The position numbers and the translations under genes were made by a program. The notes beneath the pieces were generated by a model. It saw only the letters and a program-made list of their open reading frames with translations, was not told the DNA's origin and did not search any database. A DNA stretch of 64,000 nucleotides from a virus: positions 21,244 through 85,243 of the IMG/VR virus record IMGVR_UViG_3300009788_000098. One strand, given 5' to 3'. Of this stretch, positions 19,236 to 29,346 are shown piece after piece. Each line of letters starts with the position of its first letter. Positions within the stretch are counted from its first letter, which is position 1.

Positions 19236-20076
19236 GATACTCGTTACAGGTGCAACTGGCTTCATCGGGAGGCAATGTTTGCAGTATCTAAACGACTATG
19301 AGGTTCATGCAACTTACTTGAGTGGTTGGAAATCAGAACGGTGGTTGACAACAGATGTTGTTTGGTATTGGGCAGATTTGCTAAATGATGCAAAATCTAT
19401 TATAGAGACAGTACGCCCAACTCACCTCTTGCACTTCGCATGGTTTATGGAACACGGGAAGTACTGGACTTCTGAAAAGAACTTGATATGGTTGCAGGCA
19501 AGTACAAACTTGCTACGTGCCTTTGCAGATAATGGTGGTCAACGTGTCGTGATAGCAGGTAGTTGTGCGGAGTTCGGTAAGTCCCTATACGGTATCTGCA
19601 AACATTCGCTTCAATTAGTCACAAGTGCATATTGCAAAGCGAGAGGTATTAGCAGTGCTTGGGGACGAATATTCTTTCCATACGGCGCTTATGAGAGACC
19701 TCAGCGGTTAGTACCTTACGTTATAAATAATCTACTACAAAACAAGGAAGCACTTTGCACAAGTGGCACTCAGGTTCGGGATTTGGTGTATGTATCTGAT
19801 GTCGCCAAGGCATTTGTAGACATTCTCAACTCGGACGTTCAGGGTGTTGTAAATATAGGTTCGGGAACAGGGACACCAATAAAGGAAGTTGTGACCACGA
19901 TTGGCAAATTGTTGCAACGGGAGGAGCTTATCAAACTATGTGCAGTTCCTGACCGACCTGATGAGACTGGAATTATCATTGCGAACAATAGTTGCTTGCA
20001 GGATATTGGCTGGTCACCTGAGTTTGATTTAGAGATTGGCATACAGAAAGCGATAGACTACTGGACATCAAAATGA
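19228..20076 (+). CDS. NAD-dependent sugar reductase/epimerase
   Basis: VTGATGFIG, GSCAE, YGICK, WGRIFFPYG. Confidence 0.88.
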   Translation: MRKILVTGATGFIGRQCLQYLNDYEVHATYLSGWKSERWLTTDVVWYWADLLNDAKSIIETVRPTHLLHFAWFMEHGKYWTSEKNLIWLQASTNLLRAFADNGGQRVVIAGSCAEFGKSLYGICKHSLQLVTSAYCKARGISSAWGRIFFPYGAYERPQRLVPYVINNLLQNKEALCTSGTQVRDLVYVSDVAKAFVDILNSDVQGVVNIGSGTGTPIKEVVTTIGKLLQREELIKLCAVPDRPDETGIIIANNSCLQDIGWSPEFDLEIGIQKAIDYWTSK

Positions 20077-21176
20077 ATTGTCCTGTTTGCCAATCCAATC
20101 AAACAACTCTTTTTATTCAACGAGAGTCTGTTCCTGTTCATCAGAACGTTGTGATAAGGAGTTTGCAAGAAGCACGGAACGCCCCTGTAGGGACATTGGA
20201 ACTCGTTGTTTGCGAGAGGTGTGGCTTTATCTTCAACCGTGCATTTGACCCTGCGGCAATGAACTATGAAGAACACTATGACAATAATCAAAATTACTCT
20301 TGCGTATTTCAGGAGCATGTTGCAGATCGAGCACGTTATCTGAACGAGAATATCAAGAACAGTGTGATAATCGAGATTGGGTGCGGGAATGGGGAGTTCT
20401 TGAGACAGTTAGTTTCAGATAGCAACATAGGATATGGCATTGACCCCGCTTACACTGGCTTGATGTCTGAGAAACGGGCGACGTTCAAGAGAAGCTATTT
20501 CAGCCCAGATGTAGTTGATGTTCTCGCAGATGTGGTTATATGTCGCCATGTCATTGAGCATATTCAAGACCCACTGCGTTTACTCAATGACATTAAACAG
20601 GTGGCAAAGGACTCAGCTAGAATATTTATTGAGACTCCCAACGCTTCGTGGATTCTTCGCAATCAGGCTTCTTGGGACTTTTTCTATGAGCATTGTTCGT
20701 ATTTCTCGGCAGAGTCATTGACGTGTGCGCTCAACAGTGCGGGCATTAAGGCAGACCGATTGCACAACGTGTTTGATGGTCAATACTTATGGCTAGAAGC
20801 ATCGTTGCCTGGCGACAGCAAACAGGGCATTCCCGAAACTGCTATACCTGTGCTTGCTCACGAATATGTCAGCAATAAAGATAGGCTAATAGATAACCAC
20901 ACTGCCATCTGGGGAGCTGGGGCGAAAGGTGTGACTTTTGCAAACTTGATTGATCCAGAGATGAAGCGGATAAGTTGCGTAGTTGATATAAATCCTAATA
21001 AGCAAGGTTGTTTTATTCCTTGTTCTGGTCATCCGATAATCAGCTATGCCGAGTTGGGGGATTACCATGTGGAAACGATAATAAATATGAATCCGAATTA
21101 CTTTGACGAGAACGAAGCTATACTGCACGACATGAAATTTGATATTGATTTGATAGGGGTTGAGGAGTTGCTATGA
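20073..21176 (+). CDS. second NDP-sugar C-methyltransferase-like protein
   Basis: CPVC...CERC, EIGCGNG, RHVIEH, FFYEH, WGAGAKG. Confidence 0.85.
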   Translation: MNCPVCQSNQTTLFIQRESVPVHQNVVIRSLQEARNAPVGTLELVVCERCGFIFNRAFDPAAMNYEEHYDNNQNYSCVFQEHVADRARYLNENIKNSVIIEIGCGNGEFLRQLVSDSNIGYGIDPAYTGLMSEKRATFKRSYFSPDVVDVLADVVICRHVIEHIQDPLRLLNDIKQVAKDSARIFIETPNASWILRNQASWDFFYEHCSYFSAESLTCALNSAGIKADRLHNVFDGQYLWLEASLPGDSKQGIPETAIPVLAHEYVSNKDRLIDNHTAIWGAGAKGVTFANLIDPEMKRISCVVDINPNKQGCFIPCSGHPIISYAELGDYHVETIINMNPNYFDENEAILHDMKFDIDLIGVEELL

Positions 21177-21901
21177 GCGAATTTGAGAAAGAAGTGCAGG
21201 ACAATATCGCGCGACTGGGTGCAGATAATGTTGCTAAGAAGATGGGATATGAGTGGATAGAACGTGTTGCTCCCAATGGCTACATGCACAACTTCACCTG
21301 GTTGGGGTTGCCGATTATTCAATTACCACAAGACATTATCGCATTGCAGGAAATCATCTGGCGCACATACCCCGATGTGATAGTTGAGCTAGGGATAGCG
21401 CGTGGGGGCGGATTAGCATTCTACGCATCTATGCTAGAATTGAACGGTGGTGGCAGGGTTATTGGAGTTGACATTGACATCAGGGAACCCAATAGGATAG
21501 CCATTGAAGACCACGCAATGTGGGGGGCAATAGAGATGATAGAGGGATCATCGACAGACATACGTGTCGTGAAAGAGGTGAAAGAACTCATCGACACTTA
21601 CGATAGAGTTATGGTGTGCTTGGACAGCCACCACACACACGAACACGTCTTGCGAGAACTAGAATTGTACTCTCCGTTGGTAACAAGAGGATGCTACCTT
21701 GTGGTATTCGACACCTGGTTAGAGGATTTGGCGACAGGAACGTTCCCAGACCGTCCGTGGGGAAAGGGGAACAATCCCAAGACTGCTGTGTGGGAATTTT
21801 TTGGAACTGGTGCAGGAAAACGGTTTGAGTTTGACAAGCGCATACAGAACAAGTTGGTGATGACCAGTAACCCTGATGGATATTTGAGGTGTGTGAAATG
21901 A
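21173..21901 (+). CDS. CmcI / rhamnosyl O-methyltransferase family protein
   Basis: FTWLGLPIIQLPQD, ELGIARGG, LDSHHTHEHV, GNNPKTAV. Confidence 0.88.
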   Translation: MSEFEKEVQDNIARLGADNVAKKMGYEWIERVAPNGYMHNFTWLGLPIIQLPQDIIALQEIIWRTYPDVIVELGIARGGGLAFYASMLELNGGGRVIGVDIDIREPNRIAIEDHAMWGAIEMIEGSSTDIRVVKEVKELIDTYDRVMVCLDSHHTHEHVLRELELYSPLVTRGCYLVVFDTWLEDLATGTFPDRPWGKGNNPKTAVWEFFGTGAGKRFEFDKRIQNKLVMTSNPDGYLRCVK

Positions 21902-22890
21902 GATTTAGCATCGTAATCCCCAACCGCAACCGCGAAGATACGCTCCACTACACGTTGCAGACCTGCATTGAACAAGCCAACTTTGACGACTATGAAATTG
22001 TAGTCTACGACAATGCAAGTGATCCTCCAGCAGAAGTCAGACCTAGATGCACTCTCTACCGTGGCGAGGAACCACTCTCAATGACACGAAGTTGGGAAGC
22101 TGCTGTAGGATACGCTAAGGGTGACTACATTATCGTTGTTGGCAGTGATGATGGGATGATACCCCATGCTCTGCATGATATTGATGAAGTGCTAACCGCA
22201 TTACACAACCCCCCTCTCTTGCGCTGGAATAGATGTTACTACACGTGGGCTAATGCTACCCAAATAGCACTGCCTCCTCAACTGGGGGTGTTGCAGTTAG
22301 TCAAGGATGGTAGTTCGCGTATGCTCGATGCTAAGAAGCTGATTGATGCTGTAGCGCGCGGCAAGATGGATTATACGTTCCTGCCCATGCTTTACACAGC
22401 GGCCATTAGGAGAGATTTGCTAGACACAATGAGAGAACGAACAGGGAGTGTGTTTCATTCGGTGTGTCCTGACATATTTTCGGGGTTTGCTTTTGCGTCT
22501 CTAGTAGACACAGTTCCGTGTATCAACAAGGCAATGACTATCAGCGGTGGAGGCAATAGGTCAACGGGCTTTCATGTCATGGCTATTCCTTACGGCGAGA
22601 TTAGCAAGGAATTTCTTGCCCTGAACAGACAGGATGGGCTTGTGTTGAATCACCGTATCCCAGAGGGGTATTATGACCGCTTGGATGGGGGTTTGCAAGG
22701 TAGTTATTACACAGTTTATGATTTGGGTCTGATTGATTGGGATATAGCAGATACGCCAGAGAAGTTTACAGATATGCCTGCCTTTGATGGTCGGCGCGCA
22801 AATATGCGTGCTACTGACGTGTACCATGCTTCGATAATATGTGGGCGTGAGTTACAGTTTGAGCCTGATTTGAATTTTGTGGAGTGGTGA
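21898..22890 (+). CDS. family 2 glycosyltransferase
   Basis: FSIVIPNRNR, VYDNAS, GSDDG. Confidence 0.88.
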   Translation: MRFSIVIPNRNREDTLHYTLQTCIEQANFDDYEIVVYDNASDPPAEVRPRCTLYRGEEPLSMTRSWEAAVGYAKGDYIIVVGSDDGMIPHALHDIDEVLTALHNPPLLRWNRCYYTWANATQIALPPQLGVLQLVKDGSSRMLDAKKLIDAVARGKMDYTFLPMLYTAAIRRDLLDTMRERTGSVFHSVCPDIFSGFAFASLVDTVPCINKAMTISGGGNRSTGFHVMAIPYGEISKEFLALNRQDGLVLNHRIPEGYYDRLDGGLQGSYYTVYDLGLIDWDIADTPEKFTDMPAFDGRRANMRATDVYHASIICGRELQFEPDLNFVEW

Positions 22891-22891
22891 A

Positions 22892-23881
22892 ATGCCTAGA
22901 TTTAGCATCGTAATCCCCGCCCGTAATCGGCACCATACGTTAGCATACACACTCAAAACGTGTCTTGCGTGTGAGTACGACAACTACGAAATAATCGTAT
23001 ACGACAATGCAAGCATACCTCCGCTTGAAGTCCCAAGTGGCGTTACCCTCTACCGTGGCGAGAAGGCACTTTCCGTAACACGAAGCTGGAACGAGGCTGT
23101 CCTGCGCGCTACAGGAGAATACATCATTCTCTTTGGTAACGACGATGGCATTATTCCTTACGCTCTGCGCGACTTGGATACTATCCTAACGACAATGGGT
23201 AATCCGCCACTGCTCCGCTGGCGTAGGTGCTATTACACATGGGCTAATGCCGATATGATAGGATTGCCACACCAGCGGGGAATTTTGCAACTGTCTATAG
23301 GCGGCACTCCACGCATACTAAACTCTAAGAAACTGATAAGCGCCGCAGTGCAACTCAAGATAGATTACACCTATTTGCCAATGCTGTACACGGCGACTAT
23401 CAGGCGTGACCTAGTAGAAGAGCTATATGAGCGCACAGGATATGTATTTCACTCTCTCGCACCAGACCTGTTCTCAGGGTTTGCTTTTGCGGCAATGGTG
23501 GACAAAGTGCCATCAATTACTAAGCCCATGACCATCAATGCCGGAAGCAACGAATCAACAGGTGTTAACGTGTTGGCTTTTGGCAAAACGGGGAAAGAGT
23601 CAGAGCTTCATAAGGAATTTATAAGGTTGAATTACCAGGATGGATTGATACCTGCTAATCACATGACAAAACAAGAGCTGACACGACAAGCAGAATTTGA
23701 GAGGTGCTTTCGTATCATAGGAGAGTTGGGGTTGATAGACCATGACCCTGTGCCGTTCTCCGATGTGCCGGAGTTTGATGGAACAATTGAAGAAGTGTAT
23801 GCAAACGATGTGTTTGAGGCATCGCAGATATGTGGGGAGAGATTAGATACGCCGTATAGTTTGGAATTTGTGGAGTGGTAA
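22892..23881 (+). CDS. family 2 glycosyltransferase, tandem paralogue
   Basis: FSIVIPARNR, VYDNAS, GNDDG; colinear with upstream gene, both end FVEW. Confidence 0.88.
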   Translation: MPRFSIVIPARNRHHTLAYTLKTCLACEYDNYEIIVYDNASIPPLEVPSGVTLYRGEKALSVTRSWNEAVLRATGEYIILFGNDDGIIPYALRDLDTILTTMGNPPLLRWRRCYYTWANADMIGLPHQRGILQLSIGGTPRILNSKKLISAAVQLKIDYTYLPMLYTATIRRDLVEELYERTGYVFHSLAPDLFSGFAFAAMVDKVPSITKPMTINAGSNESTGVNVLAFGKTGKESELHKEFIRLNYQDGLIPANHMTKQELTRQAEFERCFRIIGELGLIDHDPVPFSDVPEFDGTIEEVYANDVFEASQICGERLDTPYSLEFVEW

Positions 23882-25441
23882 ATGAACATCGTATTCGTTG
23901 AGTTGCTGAAAACACCACTGGACAATATCCTCGCACATTTTGAAGGTAAGCATGTGATAGCTGAGACTGTCTGTGTCCCATTGGGCATTATGTATCTGTC
24001 AGCTTACATTAAAGAAAACAACGATGTAGAACAAGTAGGGCTTATTGATTATCCGTTGATACCGCTCAGTGACTACAACGACTTAGACGAGTACATACTT
24101 GCTGGCATAAAGTCTATAGATTTCAGGCCAGATTTCATTGCTATCTCGCTCAATTACACTACCGCACATCACTTCTTTCTTGCCGTTTTGGAACAACTCA
24201 AGGCTTGTTGGCCTGATGCTACAACTGTGGTCGGTGGCACGCACGCTACATTCTACACAGAGGGCATTGCCAAGAAGGTTGACTTCGTAATTGGGGGCGA
24301 GGGGGAACTTAGCTTCTCAGAGTTCATACGAGAATATCCCTATGTTGAGGACATACCAGGTGTTACACAACTCACAATGTCAGAAGCGGTATCAGACCTT
24401 GACACCATTCCAGACTGGGACTTGATAGATGTGGAAGCATATCGCAAGAGTGCTGGTATCCACCCGCGAGATGGTAGAAGGCGAGAGTACGAAGCTATGA
24501 TCCTGACTTCGCGCGGCTGTCCAATCGGGTGTAAGTTTTGTGCTAATTACATCATACACGGGCGCAAGATGCGTTTGCGTTCAACAGAAAGCGTACTAGC
24601 AGAAATGAAGGAACTGCGTACTCGGTATGGGTTCAACCGTTTTGTCATATTCGATGACTACTTCGGTGGCAAGAAGAGGATACTAGAACTGCTGAACAGG
24701 GTTGTGGAAGAAGGGTTTGTTGTTACTGGTTACCCTAATGGTCTACACGTCAACTCCTTGGATAAGCAGATGCTCAATGCTATGATAGAAGCTGGCATGG
24801 AAGTAGCGACAATTGCTATTGAGTCCGGTTCACAGCACATACAGGACTATCTGAACAACAAGGTAGACTTGGACAAAGCCAAGGAATTGGTAAGCTACCT
24901 GTATCGCAGAGGCATCATTGTTCGCATCTATATGATGTTAGGCTTCCCTGGTGAGACTAAGGAACGGATGTTCGAGACTATAGATTATGCGAAGCAACTA
25001 GACGCAGACTGGGTTCACTTCGCGATAGCGACACCGCTCTTGGGTACTGAGATGCACAGGGAGTTTACAGAGATGGGATGTCTGCGAGATAATCCTGACA
25101 GATGGCGTGTAGCGTCGCGTATGCACAGGGACTTTGATACGCTTGAGATATCTGCGACTGAACTCAATGATTTGATGTATCTGGCTAATCTGGAAGTCAA
25201 TTTCGTTTACAATACCAATATAGAAAAGGGCAATTGGCAGAGAGCGAGAGACTTGTTTGAAGGCATTCTGAAACTCTATCCGCATCATATAATTGCACTA
25301 GATGGCATAATGCGCTGTAATACGAAATTGGGCTATAATAGTATGGGAGAGTTTTGGCAAATAGCAAATTTGGTTGCTAATGATGAGAGAGCAGGGGAAA
25401 TGAGACAGAAATATAGTTATCTTATGAGATATTTCCCATGA
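23882..25441 (+). CDS. B12-binding radical SAM enzyme
   Basis: PLGIMYL, GGTHAT, GEGE, SRGCPIGCKFC. Confidence 0.9.
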   Translation: MNIVFVELLKTPLDNILAHFEGKHVIAETVCVPLGIMYLSAYIKENNDVEQVGLIDYPLIPLSDYNDLDEYILAGIKSIDFRPDFIAISLNYTTAHHFFLAVLEQLKACWPDATTVVGGTHATFYTEGIAKKVDFVIGGEGELSFSEFIREYPYVEDIPGVTQLTMSEAVSDLDTIPDWDLIDVEAYRKSAGIHPRDGRRREYEAMILTSRGCPIGCKFCANYIIHGRKMRLRSTESVLAEMKELRTRYGFNRFVIFDDYFGGKKRILELLNRVVEEGFVVTGYPNGLHVNSLDKQMLNAMIEAGMEVATIAIESGSQHIQDYLNNKVDLDKAKELVSYLYRRGIIVRIYMMLGFPGETKERMFETIDYAKQLDADWVHFAIATPLLGTEMHREFTEMGCLRDNPDRWRVASRMHRDFDTLEISATELNDLMYLANLEVNFVYNTNIEKGNWQRARDLFEGILKLYPHHIIALDGIMRCNTKLGYNSMGEFWQIANLVANDERAGEMRQKYSYLMRYFP

Positions 25442-26973
25442 AAGTTTTATTGGGTGACCTGCGCCACAAGACCATAGGCGCACACTCCATGCTTGTGCCG
25501 CTAGGAATTGGGTACGTTGCTGCGTATGCTAAGGACAGAAACGCAATAGAAATCCGTATGCGTACTGACCCAGAACTTGCACTACAAGACATCACAGATT
25601 GGCAGCCAGACGTTATCGGGTTGGCGAACTTTGTCTGGAACGCGGGACTCAACGAAATGGTTTACACATATGCCAAGGAACTCAACCCGAAAGTGGTAAC
25701 CGTTGGCGGGGGGCCAGAGTTTTCTACAGGTTGTGACTTCTACGCCTATTACGAGGGGGAGGTGGCATTTACAGAGCTAATTAGAAACCTCATTGCAGGC
25801 ATGGATGCACCGCACCGAGGGTTTGCCCCTGGGGGTGTGCCATTGCCACGCATCAAAAATCTTGACACTATCCCATCCCCCTACCTTGCTGGACTTTTAG
25901 ATCAATGGCTTGATGGCACTCATATTCCTATAATACAAACAACTCGTGGATGTCCATACAGTTGTGGTTTTTGCAAGGAGGGTGCGGATGACCATCGCAC
26001 GGTTGCTCGTTTTAGTTTAGAGCGTGTCAAAGAAGAACTCAACTATATCGCAGATAAGTTGCCAGAACTGCCCGAGCTTCAGATTGCAGATAGTAATTTC
26101 GGTCTATCGAGGCACGATGAGGATGTAGCAATGCACTTGCGTTGGTTGCAGGACAATCGCAACTGGTGGCCTGTTATCAAGGCAGGAACTCACCGTGTCA
26201 ACGATAGAGTTGTACGCATTGCGTCAATAGTGCGGAACAAGCTAGTGGCAGCAGGATCATTACAGTCGCTCAACGAGGAAACCTTACATATCATCAGCCG
26301 CGAGAATGTTCCCTTTGAGGAATATTGCAAGCACGCTGAGACATTCAAGAAGCAGCACAATCCGCTCATTGCAGAGCTGATTGTGCCATTGCCAGCAGAG
26401 ACAAAGAAGTCGTTCTTTACGGGAGTAAGGAAGATGATGGGTGCGTCCATAAACAACTTCTATCCGTACACACTCATGTTTCTGAAAGGGACGGCTATTT
26501 GCGAGATGCGCGAGAAGTACAGTATGGTGTCACGGTTTAGACTGTTGCCCAACCAATTTGGGGAATACAACGGGAAGAAAGTCTTTGAACTAGAAGAAGT
26601 GTGCGTTGCCACAAATACAATGTCATTTGAAGATTACTTGGACTGTCGTGGGTTCATGTTTGTTTGTCTCCTGTTGATGGACGCACGATTAGGTTGGTTC
26701 AGGCAGGACATTGATGATTATTTCAGCTTTGCAGTTCAGTTCTGGGAAGAGTTGCCGAACACAGATACTACTTTTGCTAGAATATATAAGGACTTTATGC
26801 TAGAAGCTAAGACAGAACTGTGGGATACGCGAGAAGCGTTTGTTGAACATTTCTCAAAGGATGAGAATTACGAACTATTGCTACAGGGCAATCTTGGGGA
26901 TAACCTCTTCCGCAAGTACAGGGCAATAGGATTTATCTCTCTTATAGATACGCTTTATGAGGCAGCAAAATGA
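25438..26973 (+). CDS. B12-binding radical SAM enzyme
   Basis: PLGIGYVAAY, GGGPE, EGE, TRGCPYSCGFC, DSNFG. Confidence 0.9.
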   Translation: MKVLLGDLRHKTIGAHSMLVPLGIGYVAAYAKDRNAIEIRMRTDPELALQDITDWQPDVIGLANFVWNAGLNEMVYTYAKELNPKVVTVGGGPEFSTGCDFYAYYEGEVAFTELIRNLIAGMDAPHRGFAPGGVPLPRIKNLDTIPSPYLAGLLDQWLDGTHIPIIQTTRGCPYSCGFCKEGADDHRTVARFSLERVKEELNYIADKLPELPELQIADSNFGLSRHDEDVAMHLRWLQDNRNWWPVIKAGTHRVNDRVVRIASIVRNKLVAAGSLQSLNEETLHIISRENVPFEEYCKHAETFKKQHNPLIAELIVPLPAETKKSFFTGVRKMMGASINNFYPYTLMFLKGTAICEMREKYSMVSRFRLLPNQFGEYNGKKVFELEEVCVATNTMSFEDYLDCRGFMFVCLLLMDARLGWFRQDIDDYFSFAVQFWEELPNTDTTFARIYKDFMLEAKTELWDTREAFVEHFSKDENYELLLQGNLGDNLFRKYRAIGFISLIDTLYEAAK

Positions 26974-27944
26974 ATATCTTGGTAGCTGGAATTGGCGGGG
27001 CTTCTTTAGGGACTGAGATTATAAAGAGCTTGCAACACGCTGGCAAGTACACTGTGTACGGTTGTGACATTTCCGAGTACGCCTATGGGCATTTTCAGGG
27101 GATACAGACCTTCAATGTGTCCAAGGAAAGGTATATCGAAGACGTGAAAGCAATATGCAAGCGTTATGATATTGATGCGATTATACCAGGCGCAGAGGGG
27201 TCGTTGAAGTTGCTGATAGAAGCAACAATCAATGCGCATATAGCATCTAACTCATTGGAAGTAGTTGACATTTGTTCAAACAAAGATATGTTATTTAGGC
27301 GGCTCAAACGATTGAAATTGCCAACACCATTTACAACTGTTATCACTAATCCTATTCAAGTGTTAGACGTTCCATATCCGTGTGTTATAAAACCTGCTAC
27401 AGGGACAGGAGGCAGTCACCTTGTATTCTTGGCATCTGCCACAGAGGAAGCTGTCTTGTATACTAGTTATGTTCTGAAACACACAGAAATAGTTATGTTG
27501 CAAGAGTACATCCCACTGGACGAAGGTGAATTCACAGTTGGTGTTCTAACGCTGGGCAACAAGACACATTCTATTGCAATGCAACGTCTATTCCACTCTA
27601 AATTATCTATCAGAAGCGAGACAGAACATGGTCTAATCTCCAGTGGGTATAGCCAGGGTGTCATTGACGACTTCCCCGAAATAAGAAAGCAGGCAGAGGT
27701 CTACGCACAAGCACTAGGGAGTACAGGGCCGATGAACATCCAGGGGCGTGTCAAAGATGGTGTTCTATACCCGTTTGAAATCAACCCACGGTTCTCGGCA
27801 TCGACTTACTTGCGTACTCTAGCGGGATTCAACGAGATTGACATGTATTTGCAGTTCGTGCTGAATGAGGTTAGTCCACCTGAAACACCTATCAAGCGTG
27901 GTCTTTATTTGCGTAGTTTTACAGAAGTAGTGACGGAAAAATGA
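26970..27944 (+). CDS. ATP-grasp protein
   Basis: VIKPATGTGGS, QEYI, FEINPRFS. Confidence 0.88.
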   Translation: MNILVAGIGGASLGTEIIKSLQHAGKYTVYGCDISEYAYGHFQGIQTFNVSKERYIEDVKAICKRYDIDAIIPGAEGSLKLLIEATINAHIASNSLEVVDICSNKDMLFRRLKRLKLPTPFTTVITNPIQVLDVPYPCVIKPATGTGGSHLVFLASATEEAVLYTSYVLKHTEIVMLQEYIPLDEGEFTVGVLTLGNKTHSIAMQRLFHSKLSIRSETEHGLISSGYSQGVIDDFPEIRKQAEVYAQALGSTGPMNIQGRVKDGVLYPFEINPRFSASTYLRTLAGFNEIDMYLQFVLNEVSPPETPIKRGLYLRSFTEVVTEK

Positions 27945-28135
27945 AATACTCAAGAGCAGTCAAGTTGGCAGTTGAGTGCATTGACAAAGAAATCCAACGC
28001 GGGGCTGTTGAAGCCAACTTGCATGATATATACAAAGCAACGTATTCTGCCGCTGTTAGATTGTCCAAGCGCCGTAAGGCACTGAAAGAGGCGAAAGAAT
28101 GCTTGCTTGGTCAACTACCGCTATCAAGGTCTTGA
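27941..28135 (+). CDS. hypothetical protein
   Basis: ATGA overlap with upstream gene. Confidence 0.5.
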   Translation: MKYSRAVKLAVECIDKEIQRGAVEANLHDIYKATYSAAVRLSKRRKALKEAKECLLGQLPLSRS

Positions 28136-28160
28136 CAATTTGCATACAATAGTGTATAAT
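28132..28160 (+). promoter_or_regulatory. perfect consensus promoter
   Basis: TTGACA-N17-TATAAT. Confidence 0.85.
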
Positions 28161-28180
28161 AGGGGAAAGGAGAACAAACT

Positions 28181-28492
28181 ATGATTGAACCGAAACAAAC
28201 CAGGAGACCGCTCCGAGATCGTGACGAGAAGTGTACAGAGGTAAAAAAGATAGTCCGTGTGTACATGACAGAACAGGGTGGCGTACAGGTATCGTTGCGC
28301 ATGTTCGCTGAGATGCTGAACGAGCCGTTTACAGAGCAAGGGCTGACAGGGTGTTCGCATCAGACTATCCATAACTGGATACATCAGAAGCACCTCCCGT
28401 TACCCCGCTGGATGGAACAGTTGAAATACTTTGCACAGCCCGAAGATTGGCAGTACAAGTTTGCTTGCGATCTTGAGATGGCAGCAATCTAA
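28181..28492 (+). CDS. helix-turn-helix transcriptional regulator
   Basis: SLRMFAEML...SHQTIHNW...P XRE-like pattern; AAGGAG RBS. Confidence 0.65.
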   Translation: MIEPKQTRRPLRDRDEKCTEVKKIVRVYMTEQGGVQVSLRMFAEMLNEPFTEQGLTGCSHQTIHNWIHQKHLPLPRWMEQLKYFAQPEDWQYKFACDLEMAAI

Positions 28493-28650
28493 TGGCTACA
28501 GCAATCTTCAAGTGTACGTGTACCAATCCCTATCAAGACCGTATATACGGTATTGGCAAACGCGTCTACAACAGCAAGAAAGAGGGCGGTCAATGGCGTT
28601 GCACAGTGTGCAAGAAAGAGTACACGGGCAAGGTAGAACAGTTGTCCTAA
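28492..28650 (+). CDS. small Zn-finger protein (52 aa)
   Basis: CTC...WRCTVC, TAATG overlap. Confidence 0.55.
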   Translation: MATAIFKCTCTNPYQDRIYGIGKRVYNSKKEGGQWRCTVCKKEYTGKVEQLS

Positions 28651-28691
28651 AAACATTGTCCTAATGGAAATAGTATGTTACAATGGGGGTC

Positions 28692-28925
28692 ATGCCGAAG
28701 TATTTTATCAGATATATCAACCTAGTACATAAACTCCCCCCGTTGAATGACCAGCGCCATAGGCAGATACTACACGATACTTACCAAGCTATTGACAAGC
28801 CAGATGAGGTGCTGGAACTTGATGAGTTGATTGGGGAGTTACAAGGGTTGGGGGATGTGAGCGTTGCAGAACTGCTAACGAAACTGTCTATCTTCGTTTA
28901 CATGTCGATGGACAAAACCAACTAA
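28692..28925 (+). CDS. hypothetical protein, probably leaderless
   Basis: TTGTCC-N17-TACAAT promoter, ATG 7 nt downstream. Confidence 0.5.
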   Translation: MPKYFIRYINLVHKLPPLNDQRHRQILHDTYQAIDKPDEVLELDELIGELQGLGDVSVAELLTKLSIFVYMSMDKTN

Positions 28926-29338
28926 CCATCTAATTCTTCAGGACGCGGGTGAGGCTCAATGTCGTGTGAGCGCAATTGTTCAATAAGCTCGTCAATGTAT
29001 TCTTCATAGTGACGTTGCCTAGTCTGCAATCGTTTGACACGAGCATCTAGTTTAGCAGTCTTGGCCTGTTCAACCTTGAAGTTGATATTCAGTTCATTAG
29101 TCGTGGTTATGAGGTGCGTTACTTGCTCTTGTAGCTCATCTATGATGCCGCGGTAGGTATCCCCCTGTATCTGTGTTACCTCAGCCTCAATCTTCTTGAT
29201 GTCAACAGGTTGTTTTCGCACATTGATGAATATTTGTACTGCCTGTGCGATAAGTGCCACTACCCCCGATATACCACCAATTATTATTGCTAACATGCTC
29301 GTTTCATTGTTCATAGTGTCCTCTATTATAGCACTCAT
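28922..29338 (-). CDS. single-TM coiled-coil protein, holin-like
   Basis: N-terminal TM helix plus long coiled coil at end of tail module. Confidence 0.5.
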   Translation of the reverse strand: MSAIIEDTMNNETSMLAIIIGGISGVVALIAQAVQIFINVRKQPVDIKKIEAEVTQIQGDTYRGIIDELQEQVTHLITTTNELNINFKVEQAKTAKLDARVKRLQTRQRHYEEYIDELIEQLRSHDIEPHPRPEELDG

Positions 29339-29346
29339 TTGTGTAG

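Noticed and set aside
13270-27944. Host chromosomal O-antigen locus flanking a prophage
   Set aside because: Phage-type small genes are interspersed, phage genes lie on both sides, and wzx/wzy/wzm are absent
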